Source of the DNA: Octopus bimaculoides
Taxonomy: Eukaryota
Reading direction: 5' to 3'
Length of the DNA: 64,000 bases
NCBI RefSeq assembly: GCF_001194135.2
Contig: NC_069003.1
Coordinates: forward strand, 7,430,744 to 7,494,743
Shown: piece after piece, positions 25,850-38,599 of the stretch
Numbering within the stretch: the stretch's first letter is position 1
Layout: every line of letters begins with the position of its first letter
Notes under the pieces: generated by a model
Told to the model about the DNA's origin: nothing
What the model saw: the letters and a program-made list of their open reading frames with translations, nothing else
The model's database searches: none
Translations under genes and position numbers: made by a program

Positions 25850-26490
25850 ATTACGGTGTATGTAAACAAAGTTTGCATTTTTAGAAGTGCTGAGATGAAT
25901 TGAAATATATAGATATGGAAATATTTTATTCTCAAATGCATAATAATGATGCTGAATAGCATAAGTAGAATAGAACATTCTTATATTGCAGAAAAATTTG
26001 TTAGCAGCCAGCCATGAGACTCGAACTCACATCTCTGTGAGTGCCAGCCATAGTGCTTTACCTTTAAGCTAAACTGCCTACTAACAAACTCTTCTGCAAT
26101 TTTTGAATTTATAAATATAGCTTTTATAGCCGGATAGAATATCCTTATATTGCAGAAAAATTTGTTAGCTGCCAGCCATGAGACTCGAACTCACATCTCT
26201 GTGAGTGCCAGCCATAGTGCTTTACCTTTAAGCTAAACTGCCTACTAACAAACTCTTTGGCAATTTTTGAATTTATAAATATAGCTTTTATAGACACTAT
26301 ATGTGAAACTACAGTGTATGTAAACAAAATTTGCCTTTTTCAGAAGCGTTGAGATGTATTGAAATATGTAGATATAGAAATATTTTATTCTCAGACGCAT
26401 AATGATTATGCCGAATAGCTGAAATAGGAAAGAGCATCCTTATATTTCAGAAAAATTTGTTAGCAGCCAGCCATGAGACTCGAACTCATA
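25850..26490. repeat. Nested tandem duplication with a 164-bp unit containing a tRNA-like foldback
   Basis: Units start 25985 and 26149, partial third near 26440; 25850-25975 is repeated at 26310-26435. Confidence 0.85.
26007..26078 (-). ncRNA. tRNA-like sequence
   Basis: D arm GCTT/AAGC, T arm GTGAG-TTCGAGT-CTCAT, A/B boxes; irregular anticodon arm. Confidence 0.5.
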
Positions 26491-27504
26491 TTATCTTTAA
26501 GTAGATTTGAACCTTCATAATTTTTGATACCATCCCAACTCAATCTGCCTGAAATTGCCTTTAATATTATAGTACAAACTTCCTGTTTTCAAGTGATCTA
26601 AATTAAGACTTTCCATCAAAATTTCATGTTAATTTATGTTTCAAACTTCCTGTTTTGAAGTAGTATTAGTATTAGTTTTAATGGTATGGGAGCATGCGCT
26701 GTAACAGCGTGTTGTTGCATCTACGATTTGTTGGTGATTCCTTACGACTTTTAGCAGATAACACCCCTGAACCATCTCAGGTGGTAGCCCTCAAACCCAC
26801 GGGTCTGTAAGGGTAGTCATGGCTGGTGAGGGTCTTTATGAGGTCAGAGGGCAATTCCTATCTCAACCTCTTTTAACACAGGAAACGTTGGGTCTGTTCT
26901 ATGACATGCCAGTCCCCCACACAACACTAGAGCAATGTGAAATGAAGTGTTTTGCTTAAGAACAGAACACATTGCCCGGTCTGAGAATTGAACTCATGAT
27001 CTGATGATTATGAGTGTAATACTCTAACCACTAGGCCATGCATGCCTTCACAGCTTCTCATAAAAATTTCATGTTAATTAAAATTTCAAACACAAGATAA
27101 ATAATGATGACAAAGTTATTTTACAATATGTTAAAAATTAATTGAAATGAAGGCAATAATGTTTGAACATAGATGTATGGCAACAGATGCATTTAACCTT
27201 TTTATTACCATATTTCTGTCAAAGATATTGCTGCTATTTTAATTAATTTTGAAAATAATGAAGAATTTAGTGAAACAACTGTCATTACTGAGCTGGTTTT
27301 GAGAATATAAATTAACATGGAATTTTAATGGAAGGTTTAAAATTAGATCATTTTGAAAGAGGAAGCTTATATCACAGAACCTGGGATGGTCACATATGGG
27401 TTGATAAGTACAAATGAAGAGAGGAACAAAAAAATGTATTTTTCTAAACTATAATACAGACTAGTAAACTTCAGCTGGATCCAAGCTCTACTAAAGCCTT
27501 GAAT

Positions 27505-28281
27505 CAATGGTCCTCAACTTGGGTCCATATAACCCCTTGGGGGTCCATACAAAATTTTATTGTTGAAGGTTAGGCGTGGCTGTGTGGTAAGAAGGCGAAC
27601 TGGCAGAAACGTTAGCATGCTGGGTGAAATACTTAGCGGTATTTCGTCTGCCGTTACGTTCTGAGTTCAAATTCCGCCGAGGTCGACTTTGCCTTTCATC
27701 CTTTCGGGGTCGATAAATTAAGTATCAGGTACGCACTGGGGTCGATGTAATCGACTTAATCCCTTTGTCTGTCCTTGTTTGTCCCCTCTGTGTTTAGCCC
27801 CTTGTGGGCAATAAAGAAATAAGAAGCTTACTTCCCAACCACATGATTCTGGGTACTGTCCTACTGTGTGGTACCTTGGGAAAATGTTTTCTACAATAGC
27901 CTCAGACCGACCAAAGCCTTGGTGGTGGATTTGGCAGACAGAAACTGAAAGAAGCCTGTCGTGTGAGTGTGTGTGTGTATGTGTCCCCTCCCCCACTTGG
28001 CAATCAGTGTCGGTGTGTTTACGTCCCTGNNNNNNNNNNGATTCGTTCGACCAAAAATTCTTCAAGGTGGCGCCCCAGCAAAAAATCAAACATAAAATAA
28101 ATCGGTCATACTTCTACGATACACAAAAATATTTTTACAATTTTTCTACACAATTCTTAATGATATTTAATTATAAAAATATAATAGGGATTTTTTTAAA
28201 CACCAAATGGGTATGAGGGTCTAGTAGAGTAAAACAGGAAACAAAAGGGTCCATTAGCAAATAAAGGGTTAAGAACCATTG
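27505..28281. mobile_element. hAT-like MITE interrupted by a family C SINE that itself holds a family B SINE
   Basis: TIR CAATGGTCCTCAACT / GGTTAAGAACCATTG (12/15); C head at 27572; B insert about 27594-27826 flanked by TAAGAAG; no clean TSD. Confidence 0.65.
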
Positions 28282-29497
28282 AACTTGTATAAGCGGTGGC
28301 ATTCATCTGGGATGGGTTGAACCAGCTCTGACCAACGAGCTCACCGAATACATCCAACAGACAGCACTAATGATCCAGCAGGCAAAGTAATGATTTTCTG
28401 TCTGCAGCCCAAAAATTTGGGGTTGCAAATTTGACAAATTGCCACACTGGGGGAACAAGCATATCAGACAGCGTGGACCCCCATAGCCATAGTCATCGTT
28501 CATTGTTGAGGTATGGAGTTCATGCTTGGATTTTCGGGTTGGAATACAATGCCATGTGTGGTCCCCAGTCACATTAAGAGCCATTGCTTTAAACTGAACA
28601 GAAAATTATAATAACTCCTTCCCCCAACCCTGCCAAAGTTTTTTTTAATAAAACAGAGAATGGGGGAGGGATGGAGGTAAAAGTTAACTACTCTACTTGA
28701 AGGAAGGCCATAGAAAATGGATGGAAAATGATGTCATAGAATANNNNNNNNNNNNNNNNNNNNNNNNNNNNNNNNNNNNNNNNNNNNNNNNNNNNNNNNN
28801 NNNNNNNNNNNNNNNNNNNNNNNNNNNNNNNNNNNNNNNNNNNNNNNNNNNNNNNNNNNNNNNNNNNNNNNNNNNNNNNNNNNNNNNNNNNNNNNNNNNN
28901 NNNNNNNNNNNNNNNNNNNNNNNNNNNNNNNNNNNNNNNNNNNNNNNNNNNNNNNNNNNNNNNNNNNNNNNNNNNNNNNNNNNNNNNNNNNNNNNNNNNN
29001 NNNNNNNNNNNNNNNNNNNNNNNNNNNNNNNNNNNNNNNNNNNNNNNNNNNNNNNNNNNNNNNNNNNNNNNNNNNNNNNNNNNNNNNNNNNNNNNNNNNN
29101 NNNNNNNNNNNNNNNNNNNNNNNNNNNNNNNNNNNNNNNNNNNNNNAAAAAGAAGCCTAAAAAAACAAAGGAATTACATTTATCTAACTATGGTATGTAT
29201 AGAAAACATAAATAAAAAAAATCCCAAAATATATGGAAAAAAAACCCCCCAAAAAATAAACTTTAAAGGAAAACTATCTTTTGGAAGTAAATAAGTAGAG
29301 ATAAACAATTTGATGAAAAGCTTCAATTTATGCTTGTTTTCTTCTCATCTGTTAGATAGATGTTTTTTTGCTAGTTTACATGTTTAAATATCTGCTTTGA
29401 AAACTGGAATGGTTTTGTTAAGAGTAACCTAACTACCTCACGCTAGACTGGAAGCTAACTGCAGTCAGTCAGAGAGGAAATTAGAATAAAACAACCG

Positions 29498-29545
<48 letters not shown>

Positions 29546-30434
29546 CAGGAGAATGTTTATTGCAGAGTCAGAAGGCATAACATATGGACCATACTCCTAA
29601 ATTACTTTGTTACTGCTGTTGCTGCTGCCAATGTTAGTTTATTGGTGAATAGTTAGTTATTGGTAGAGCTAGAATGTAGAGGTAGTTGACTAATCAGCAT
29701 TTTAATATGCCCATCCTGTCAATACATATATAGACATATATATTTATATAAGGGCATTACTATATAAGAATGCCTCACACTATGAGGGACTCTAAGGTCA
29801 GACTACCATAAAAAACACATTTTTACTGAACACGAGGAAATGCAACTCTGTAAGCCAGCCCCTTAAAAACGCTAGGTACTTGATAAATTCTTGTAAAAGA
29901 ATTCATCCTATTATTGAATTTATATATATATAATATTTATACAAACATAAACACACACACATATACATACATAGTAGAATAAGAAATGGAAAGTTCTTAG
30001 TAGAGTATTATATATTTGAACAAAAAAAAAAAAAAATGAATAGAATTGGTTTTTCTGATCATTTTTCCACTTTAATAATTGGATGTTTATAAGTTATTAG
30101 GTGAACTTATAAACATCTAATTATTAAAGTGGAAAAATTATCAGAAAAGTCATTTCTATTCATTTTTTCTTCAAATATATATACATACATGTGTAAGCAA
30201 ATATACATATCTATATACACGTGTGTATGCAAATATATCCATATATATATTTACATACATGTATATACATATCTATACATATACATATTTAAATACATAT
30301 ATACATACACAAATATATTTATATACATATATATGCACACACACAAATAAATATACATATATATATACACACACACATGTATATGTATATACATATTACA
30401 TATACATACACATACAGGCATACACATCTACATG

Positions 30435-30486
<52 letters not shown>

Positions 30487-30487
30487 T

Positions 30488-30524
<37 letters not shown>

Positions 30525-30539
30525 TGCATATATACAACA

Positions 30540-30760
30540 CTCCCCCATGAATGGGATGCTTATCCATCACTGGACACCTGACAGTTATAAGTAAATTCCA
30601 GCTGTTACTGGAATTCATTAACAACTGAATGGATTGAAGCAACATGAAATGAAGTATTTCACTGTAGAACACAATACTCAACTCACTCTAGGATTTGAAA
30701 CCACAATCTCGTGATATATTCAAATGTAACACTTTCACCACTAGATCATGTGCCTTCACA
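30540..30760 (-). mobile_element. Old SINE with Meta/V-like core
   Basis: Reverse complement GATGGATAAGCATCCCATTCATGGGGGAGTG plus decayed tRNA head. Confidence 0.55.
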
Positions 30761-30761
30761 G

Positions 30762-30959
30762 GAAAATACAAAATAATGATGGATGGATTGAGAGAAGATA
30801 GGCGTCGTGTTAACATTGCTTTTGTGGGCTGCCTTGAACTAGGCCATGCAGCAGAAAACATTCAAGGAAGGGAACTCTTTTCTAGAGACACCCCAGAGAG
30901 AGGATTTACTTTGAACAAGAAAGAGCAGCCCAGCCTCTTTGATACAATCTTTAAACAAT
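30762..30959 (+). CDS. Candidate phase 1-1 exon, product unknown
   Basis: 198 nt open frame between CCTTCACAG| and |GTAAAT; non-repetitive composition; no recognised homology. Confidence 0.2.
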
Positions 30960-31984
30960 GTAAATGTGTGGTAACTATGGTTATATAATAACCAAACATT
31001 TGCCTGTAATATGCTTTTAACAGTGTATTTTTCACGTGGATAGACAATGGTGTATTGTGACTTCCAAGGTCATTCATATACAGACATACAATTCATTTCT
31101 ATTGACAAAAAAGATCAGAAACAACATCAGTACCACCACCACCACCACTGGCAGCAGCAATAACTGTTTTATCTAAAAACGTGGAGTTTACTCTTTCTCA
31201 ATGAGTAAAATGAACAAACAATATTTGTTTATGGCTAGATAAAATATTAATAAGTTATCTTAAGCATTTCCAACTTTAATAATTCATTCTCATTGTGGAG
31301 GTCTAGCTTTGATTATATAAGTCAATGTATTTGATACCTCAATATTATCTTCGATCAGATTATTAATCGCTGTTTAAGCCTAAGTTTAGTACTGAAAGAT
31401 CTTTTAAATTTTAGAATGATTTATTTAATATTTATGGAGAGGAAGAAAAAAAAAAAATGAGAGTGAAAACAAATAGATTGATAAAACATTGATTCTTTAT
31501 AACATCTTTTCATGTTGCAGACTCTTCTGTCAGTTATTATTTTAGATATAACCAAATATTGGTGTCAGGAAGACAAGTTTCAAAATGGTCTTGAGTTCTA
31601 CTTAAAAGAAATCAATCATTATATTATGTTATATTAAATATATCATATATTTTTATATATAATTATTATACAATTTTTCTCAATCGACCAATGGTCTGAT
31701 TGAATAAACCTATTAATAACAAACCTGTAATGACTACTGGAAACAGCTGTAAGTCAAATTTACTACAGTAAAGAAATATATAATGGCTACTATTTATGCC
31801 TAGTCTTGTAATATTACTCTGTGTAAAAAGTGGTATAACTGGAACACAACCATGGATTTACAATATAGAATGGTAATGAACTATACCCTCAGACCCTGCC
31901 TCCAAAATACGCAGTGTTCTTTACTAATCTAAATGATATTGTTAGCTTGGTGTACTAACAGAGAGCTTATAAAGTATTTTGCTC

Positions 31985-32365
31985 AGATTGGTAATCCCTC
32001 ACTAATAACTAATAACATTAGCACGCCGGGTGAAATGCTTAGCGGTATTTCATCTGTCTTTACATTCCGAGTTCAAATTCCGCCGAGGTCGACTTTGCCT
32101 TTCATCCTTTTGGGGTCGATAAATTAAGTACCAGTTGTGTACTGGGGTCAATCTAATCGACTGCTCCACCTCCCCAAAATTTCGGGCCTTGTGCCTAGAG
32201 TAGAAGAGAATATACAAAGACATGAAGGTGGCGTGCTGGCAGAATCATTAGCACGCTGGGTGAAAAGCTTAGCGGTATTTCGTCTGCCGCTACATTCTGA
32301 GTTCAATGATATAATAACACCCGTCCCTCAGAATTGCTAGCCTTGCAATAAAATTTGAAACCATA
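31985..32365 (+). mobile_element. Two family B SINEs
   Basis: TTAGCACGCCGGGTGAAATGCTTAGCGGTATTTC..GAGTTCAAATTCCGCC. Confidence 0.8.
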
Positions 32366-33754
32366 ACTATTATTAGAAGGGTTTGGATTGGAACAATTGT
32401 TATAGCTTTGGACAAAATCCCACACCCAACCACACACATACAAATGACAGGCTTCCATACAGTTTCTACTAATCAATTCCACTCACAGAGCATTAACTCT
32501 GAGGCTATAGTGAAAGTCACTTACCCAAGGTGCTTTGCAGGTGTCTCTACAATAAATCCAAGGCCAGCTAATATATTGTGAGTGAAATTGTTAAACAGAA
32601 TTTGTATGGAAGTTTGTCATATGAATATACATACATACACACATATATACATAATATACACAATAAATGCTTAATCTTGCTCTAAAGCATTGAAAATGCT
32701 TCAGAAGACAGTATGGGGACTGATATAGTTTCATTATAGCCAAGGCCAATCTCTCAATCAGACAATATATATATATAATCTCTATATAATCACCATTAGG
32801 TAGTACAGATTTGACAATAAGCGTGTGACTCCTAATATACCATACAGTCGAATCACTTGATTCGTGGGTAATAAAAGAGGTTTTATCTAATATAATAGTT
32901 TAAAACAACAAGCTAAGAGAACATCTGAATGACAGTGGCAATAACAAACAAATGACATAGATGCAATTAGTTGACATGGACACAATGGAATAGCATGGAC
33001 ACAAATGACTGGCAGGGATTGTCTGGGAATTAGCTGACATATTTATGCTGTTATATAATGTGTAAAAATTTTGCAAGAAGAGCTGGAGACCACGTGGAAA
33101 AGTGGTGACATGCAGCATGAGAAAACACAAAACAAGTAGGAAATGTCTGTAAGACATGATAGAAGTAAAGAGATGAAAAATAGGAAGTTTGGAAGATAAG
33201 ACTTGGAAATCTTACAGGTTTAGAAAGATGTGTGACAAGTTAAAAGGTATACTCTATGAGCAGCATCAAGGACCTTAATATGAATTTCCTTTAGTGAGAA
33301 TATGAACAGACCAGCTGCAGTTTTGAATTTGACAGGCTCTTCTGTTACATTAAGATGTATTTCTTTGAGAGACAAAGGACATAAAGTTGTTAATATCTGA
33401 AAATGTTGATTCAATAATTGGTAAGCCAACATTCTAATTAAGAAGTTATAACCCTAAGTTCAACTCCTTACATATATATCCATATATAAATATATATACA
33501 TACATTTGCACGCATTCATTCACTCACACACACATCCACAGTGGTGTCACAACATGACCACAGTTCAATGGTTGGAACAAGTAAAAGAACACACACACAG
33601 ACACACACACACACACACAACATGCATAAGCAGTTATACATGCATATACTGATAGGATTATATCAGTACAGAAAATTAAATTAGTAACTACATGCATGAA
33701 CAATGGACATATACACATACATATATACTCTTAAACAAATGAATGAATATGTAC

Positions 33755-33806
<52 letters not shown>

Positions 33807-34042
33807 ATGTATGTATATATATATATATATATATATANNNNNNNNNNNNNNNNNNNNNNNNNNNNNNNNNNNNNNNNNNNNNNNNNNNNNNNNNNNNNNN
33901 NNNNNNNNNNNNNNNNNNNNNNNNNNNNNNNNNNNNNNNNNNNNNNNNNNNNNNNNNNNNNNNNNNNNNNNNNNNNNNNNNNNNNNNNNNNNNNNNNNNN
34001 NNNNNNNNNNNNNNNNNNNNNNNNNNNNNNNNNNNNNNNNNN

Positions 34043-34090
<48 letters not shown>

Positions 34091-35344
34091 CATGCACATA
34101 TATGTACACATAATTGTCAGAAGCAACTTGTACATGCATATATGCTTGTATGCAAATACACATGCATTTACATATTCATACATACATAATGATGATGATG
34201 ACGATGATGGTGGTGGTAGTGGTGTTAGTGATGATGACAATGATGATGATGACTTAATAATGGTGTTGCTGGAATTGGTGATGATGATGATGATGATGGT
34301 GACGATGATGGTGGTGATGATGATAATGATGGCGATAGCAGCTGTAGTGGCAGTGATGGAGTTGTTTATCAGTAGTACATCTAAATCAACAGCAAACGCT
34401 TCTAAAAGACAAGACAAAGAATACACCAAACGGAAGAAACTAAAGACATCAATATATTAGCAGGCAGAGTAGGAATCAAGACAAGACAGCTATTACAATA
34501 TATTAACAGGCAGAGTAGGCATGAAGACAAGACAGCTATTGGAATTGTTTGGCAACAACTTCAAAATTGTTCACACAATTCTCTCTCTCATACTTCTCCT
34601 CATTGACCTAGCACCCTCCACATACATACATACACACAGGCCTCTCCAACAATCTAACTCCAACTTACATACACACACACTCAAACTTAGCTCTCTCTCT
34701 CTCTCTCTCTCTCTTTCACTTTCGCACTCCTACACATACACACATATGTATACTCCTACGCTTTCTCGCACACAGTACAGCTACTCCGGCAACAATGCCA
34801 TTACACAAATCATAAACGAATGAAAAGCCTTGTAGTTTGACAATAATACTTTTAGGTGAAAGTCAATATGGAATATCATTAAAGAGAAGTAACATTTATT
34901 TGGTCATTTCATTATTATTATTATTATTATTATTATTACTAAGGCAGCAAGGTAGCAGAACCATTAGCATTCGGGCAAAAGTTTTGCGGTATTTCATCTG
35001 TCTTTATGTTCTGAGATCAAATTTCACCTTGGTCGACTTTGCTTTGCATCATTTTGAGGTCGATAAAATAAGTATTAGTTGAGGACTGGGGTCGATGTAA
35101 TCGACTTGGCCCCTTCCCCAAACCTGTTGGCCTTATATCAAAATTTGAAACCATCATTATTATTATTATTATTGAGAGAGCAGTGCATGCCATCAAAGTG
35201 GCACGGGGTACAAACATACGAAGCCCAATATGCCCATGTCTAACTGTCTGATAAGGGTACACCAGGCACATGCATTACAACCACATGTGCACAACATGGT
35301 GAATTCATACATTATTTACATTAGACCTCATCTTGTTTGTTGTT

Positions 35345-35390
35345 AACACAACATTTCGGCTGATATACCCTCCAGCCTTCATCAGGTGTC
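35345..35390 (-). ncRNA. Minimal hammerhead ribozyme copy
   Basis: GACAC CUGAUGA A GGCUG..CAGCC GAAAU GUU GUGUU; CpG decay in stem III. Confidence 0.65.
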
Positions 35391-35739
35391 TCGAGAGGAA
35401 TTTTGAACCTGAGTTCTCATTCCTAAGGTATTTTTCGATATTATTATTATTATTATTATTATTATCATCATTATTATTATTATTATTCAGGTCACTGCCC
35501 GGAATCGAACTCGAAATCTTGGGGTAAGTAGCCCACACTCTTAACCACTACGCCATATACCCATGGGCCATATACCCACTACACCATAAGCCCACGGGCA
35601 TATGGCATAGTGGTTCAGAGCATGGGCTATTAACTCGAAGATTCCGAGTTCGATTCCAGGCAGTGACCAGAATAATAATAATAACAACATCGAAAAATAC
35701 CTGGGGAATGAGAGAACCCAGGTTTGAAATTTTCCCCAA

Positions 35740-35785
35740 GACACCTGATGAAGGCTGGAGGGTATATCAGCTGAAATGTTGTATT
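35740..35785 (+). ncRNA. Minimal hammerhead ribozyme copy, degenerate
   Basis: GACAC CUGAUGA A GGCUG..CAGCU GAAAU GUU GUAUU. Confidence 0.55.
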
Positions 35786-35831
35786 AACAACAAACAAGAT
35801 GAGGACAAATATCTGTCAAATGTAAATAATG

Positions 35832-36285
35832 GTATCAGATGTGGTGTGCAAGAGAGAAGATTACACTAGTATGGTCATGTGATGCATATGGATGAAAACA
35901 ACTGCATAAAGAAGTGCTGATGTCTAACTGTGAAAGGAACCTGTGGAAGGAGTAGACCCATGAAGACGTAGGACAAGGTGGTGAAGCATGGTCTTCAGAT
36001 ATTGAGTATCACAGTGGCAATGGCAAGTGACCAAGACTTTTGGTGATTGGCTGCACTGGAGTAGAGAGGTCAAGCTAAATGAAATCATATTTTTGACACA
36101 GTGCTGGTGACACATAACAGGCACCCAGTACACTTTGTAGAATGGTTGGCATTAGGAAGGGCATCCAGCAGTAGAAACGAAGCCAAAACAGACTGGAGCC
36201 TGATGCAGCTCTCTGGTTTACCATTTCCAGTCAAGCCATCCTACTTATGCCATTATGGAAACCAGATGCTAAATGATGATGATGC
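35832..36285 (+). mobile_element. RTE LINE 3' fragment
   Basis: GIRCGVQERRLH.., homologous to 50260-50940, (GAT)n tail. Confidence 0.8.
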
Positions 36286-37150
36286 TTTATTGACTTATAT
36301 AGTTTAGGAATTGACTAAAGAATGGAATATCACAACATACACTGACAGTAACAAATAAAATTGATAATTGTTGTTAAAAATGATAATAATAAAGCCAGAA
36401 ATTAGGTAGTGAAGCCGTCTAAAACAATCCCTCACAAATAATGCAAACCTGAAGAACAAAAACAGAATCGGTGGAACTAAACAAAAGCTCTTAACCATTA
36501 ATGGTAAAAAGATAAATAATTCTAAAATAAAAATTGATTCTAAAAATATTTTCTTTTGTGTGTGTTAGACAGAGAGAGAGAGAGAGAGAGAGAATAAAAT
36601 GTTTTCAATGTAGGAAATGGTTATTAGCAGTGAATCCTGATTTTTTTTTATCTTTTAACTTATTTCAATCATTAGACTGCGGCCAAGCTACAGTACTACC
36701 TTGATGAATTTTTAGTCAAAAGAATTCACCTTAAGTCCTTAATTTTTGCTAGGTCTTGAACCTATTCTATCGGTCTCTTATGTGAAACTGCTAAGTTACA
36801 GGGTTGTAAACAGACACACACATATATAGTAATAATAATAGTAATAATAATAATAATCCGTGGATGGAATTTATAAATATTTTAATGCATCGCTATGCGT
36901 GTTTCCACAAATCACGTTTCTTACAATCACAATCTGTATTCCTGGGAATGATTACAGCACAAATCATCGTATACATGGACATCAGGTGGATCATATACAC
37001 ATTTTCATTTCTTCAGGTGATATGGCATTATATTGAATGAATATCCTTCAATGATACATCCAAATTTATTCTTTCCATCTTGGAGTTGCTTTAAAGTGTG
37101 TGTGTGTGTGTGTGTGTGTGTATACATATATATTATATATATATATATAT

Positions 37151-37208
<58 letters not shown>

Positions 37209-37753
37209 TGGTTAGTTTCGTTGTTTTTTCTTCTTGTTTTGCCTTTGTGAGTTACAAGTGTTGCTATCTGTTGGAGTTTTAGCACTTTAGCTGCTATTTC
37301 TGAACTTCAGTATGTGGTGAAGCAACTGTTGCTGATCCCTAAATTATGTTTATACATATATATATANNNNNNNNNNNNNNNNNNNNNNNNNNNNNNNNNN
37401 NNNNNNNNNNNNNNNNNNNNNNNNNNNNNNNNNNNNNNNNNNNNNNNNNNNNNNNNNNNNNNNNNNNNNNNNNNNNNNNNNNNNNNNNNNNNNNNNNNNN
37501 NNNNNNNNNNNNNNNNNNNNNNNNNNNNNNNNNNNNNNNNNNNNNNNNNNNNNNNNNNNNNNNNNNNNNNNNNNNNNNNNNNNNNNNNNNNNNNNNNNNN
37601 NNNNNNNNNNNNNNNNNNNNNNNNNNNNNNNNNNNNNNNNNNNNNNNNNNNNNNNNNNNNNNNNNNNNNNNNNNNNNNNNNNNNNNNNNNNNNNATATAT
37701 GTCTGATCATAGAGTGACCATAAAACACTATTTACAGGCCTCTTTTAGTTTCT

Positions 37754-37981
37754 CATTTCTTTATTGCCCACAAGGGGCTAAACATAGAGGGGACAAACAA
37801 GGACACACAAAGGTATTAAGTCGATTACATCGACCCCAGTGCTTAACTGGTACTTAATTTATTGATCCCAAAAGGATGAAAGGCAAAGTCGACCTCGGCA
37901 GAATTTGAGCTCAGAACATAGCGGCAGATGAAATACCACTAAGCATTTCGCCCGGCATGCTAACGTTTCTACCAGCTAGCC
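37754..37981 (-). mobile_element. Young family B SINE nested in family C SINE at the same site as 17561 and 22496
   Basis: Flanks GGCCTCTTTTAGTTTCT (37737-37753) and GGCTTCTTTCAGTTTCT (37982-37998). Confidence 0.85.
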
Positions 37982-38599
37982 GGCTTCTTTCAGTTTCTGC
38001 CAACCAAATCCTCTCAGAAGGTTTTGGTTAGCTTGAGGCTATAGTAGAAGATACTTACCCAAAGTGTCATGAAGTGGGACTGAACCTGGAACCATGTGAT
38101 TGAGAAGGAAACTTCTTACCACACAGCTACACTGGCGAATTATTAAATAATTCTTTCTAATTTTGGCACAAAGCCAGTAATTTTATGCAGAGGGGTAAAG
38201 TCGATTACATTGGCTATCGGTACTTGACTAGTACTTTACCTTATCATTAACCCCTGGAAAGGTGACCGTAGCAGGATTTGAACTCAGAACATAAAGAGCT
38301 GGGAGGAATGTCACTTAGTCTTATGTCCGATACATTAGTGATTCAACCAGCTCACCGCATTGTGTTTAACAAATATTTCTTTCTAATTTTGACACAAAGC
38401 TAGCAATTTCTACTAAAGGCATAAGGACTAAAATTTGGGGGGAAGGGCACTAGTCGATTGCATCAACCCCAGTGCGTAACTGGTACTTAATGACCCTGAA
38501 AGAATGAAAGGCAAAGTCAACCCTGGTGACATTTGAACTCAGAAAGTGAAGACAGACGGAATATAATAAATAATAATAATAATAATAGTAGTAATAAAG

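Larger units (their letters stand above)
35308..35831. mobile_element. Head-to-head inverted dimer of the tRNA-head/(AAT)n/hammerhead unit, no ORF
   Basis: Minus copy 35308-35568 and plus copy 35590-35831, both starting at GCCCA(C/T)GGG(C/T)ATATGG; homologous to 24218-24483. Confidence 0.85.

Noticed and set aside
34451-34540. 46-bp-period two-copy tandem duplication
   Set aside because: Only two diverged copies with no spacers; not CRISPR-like, an ordinary local duplication
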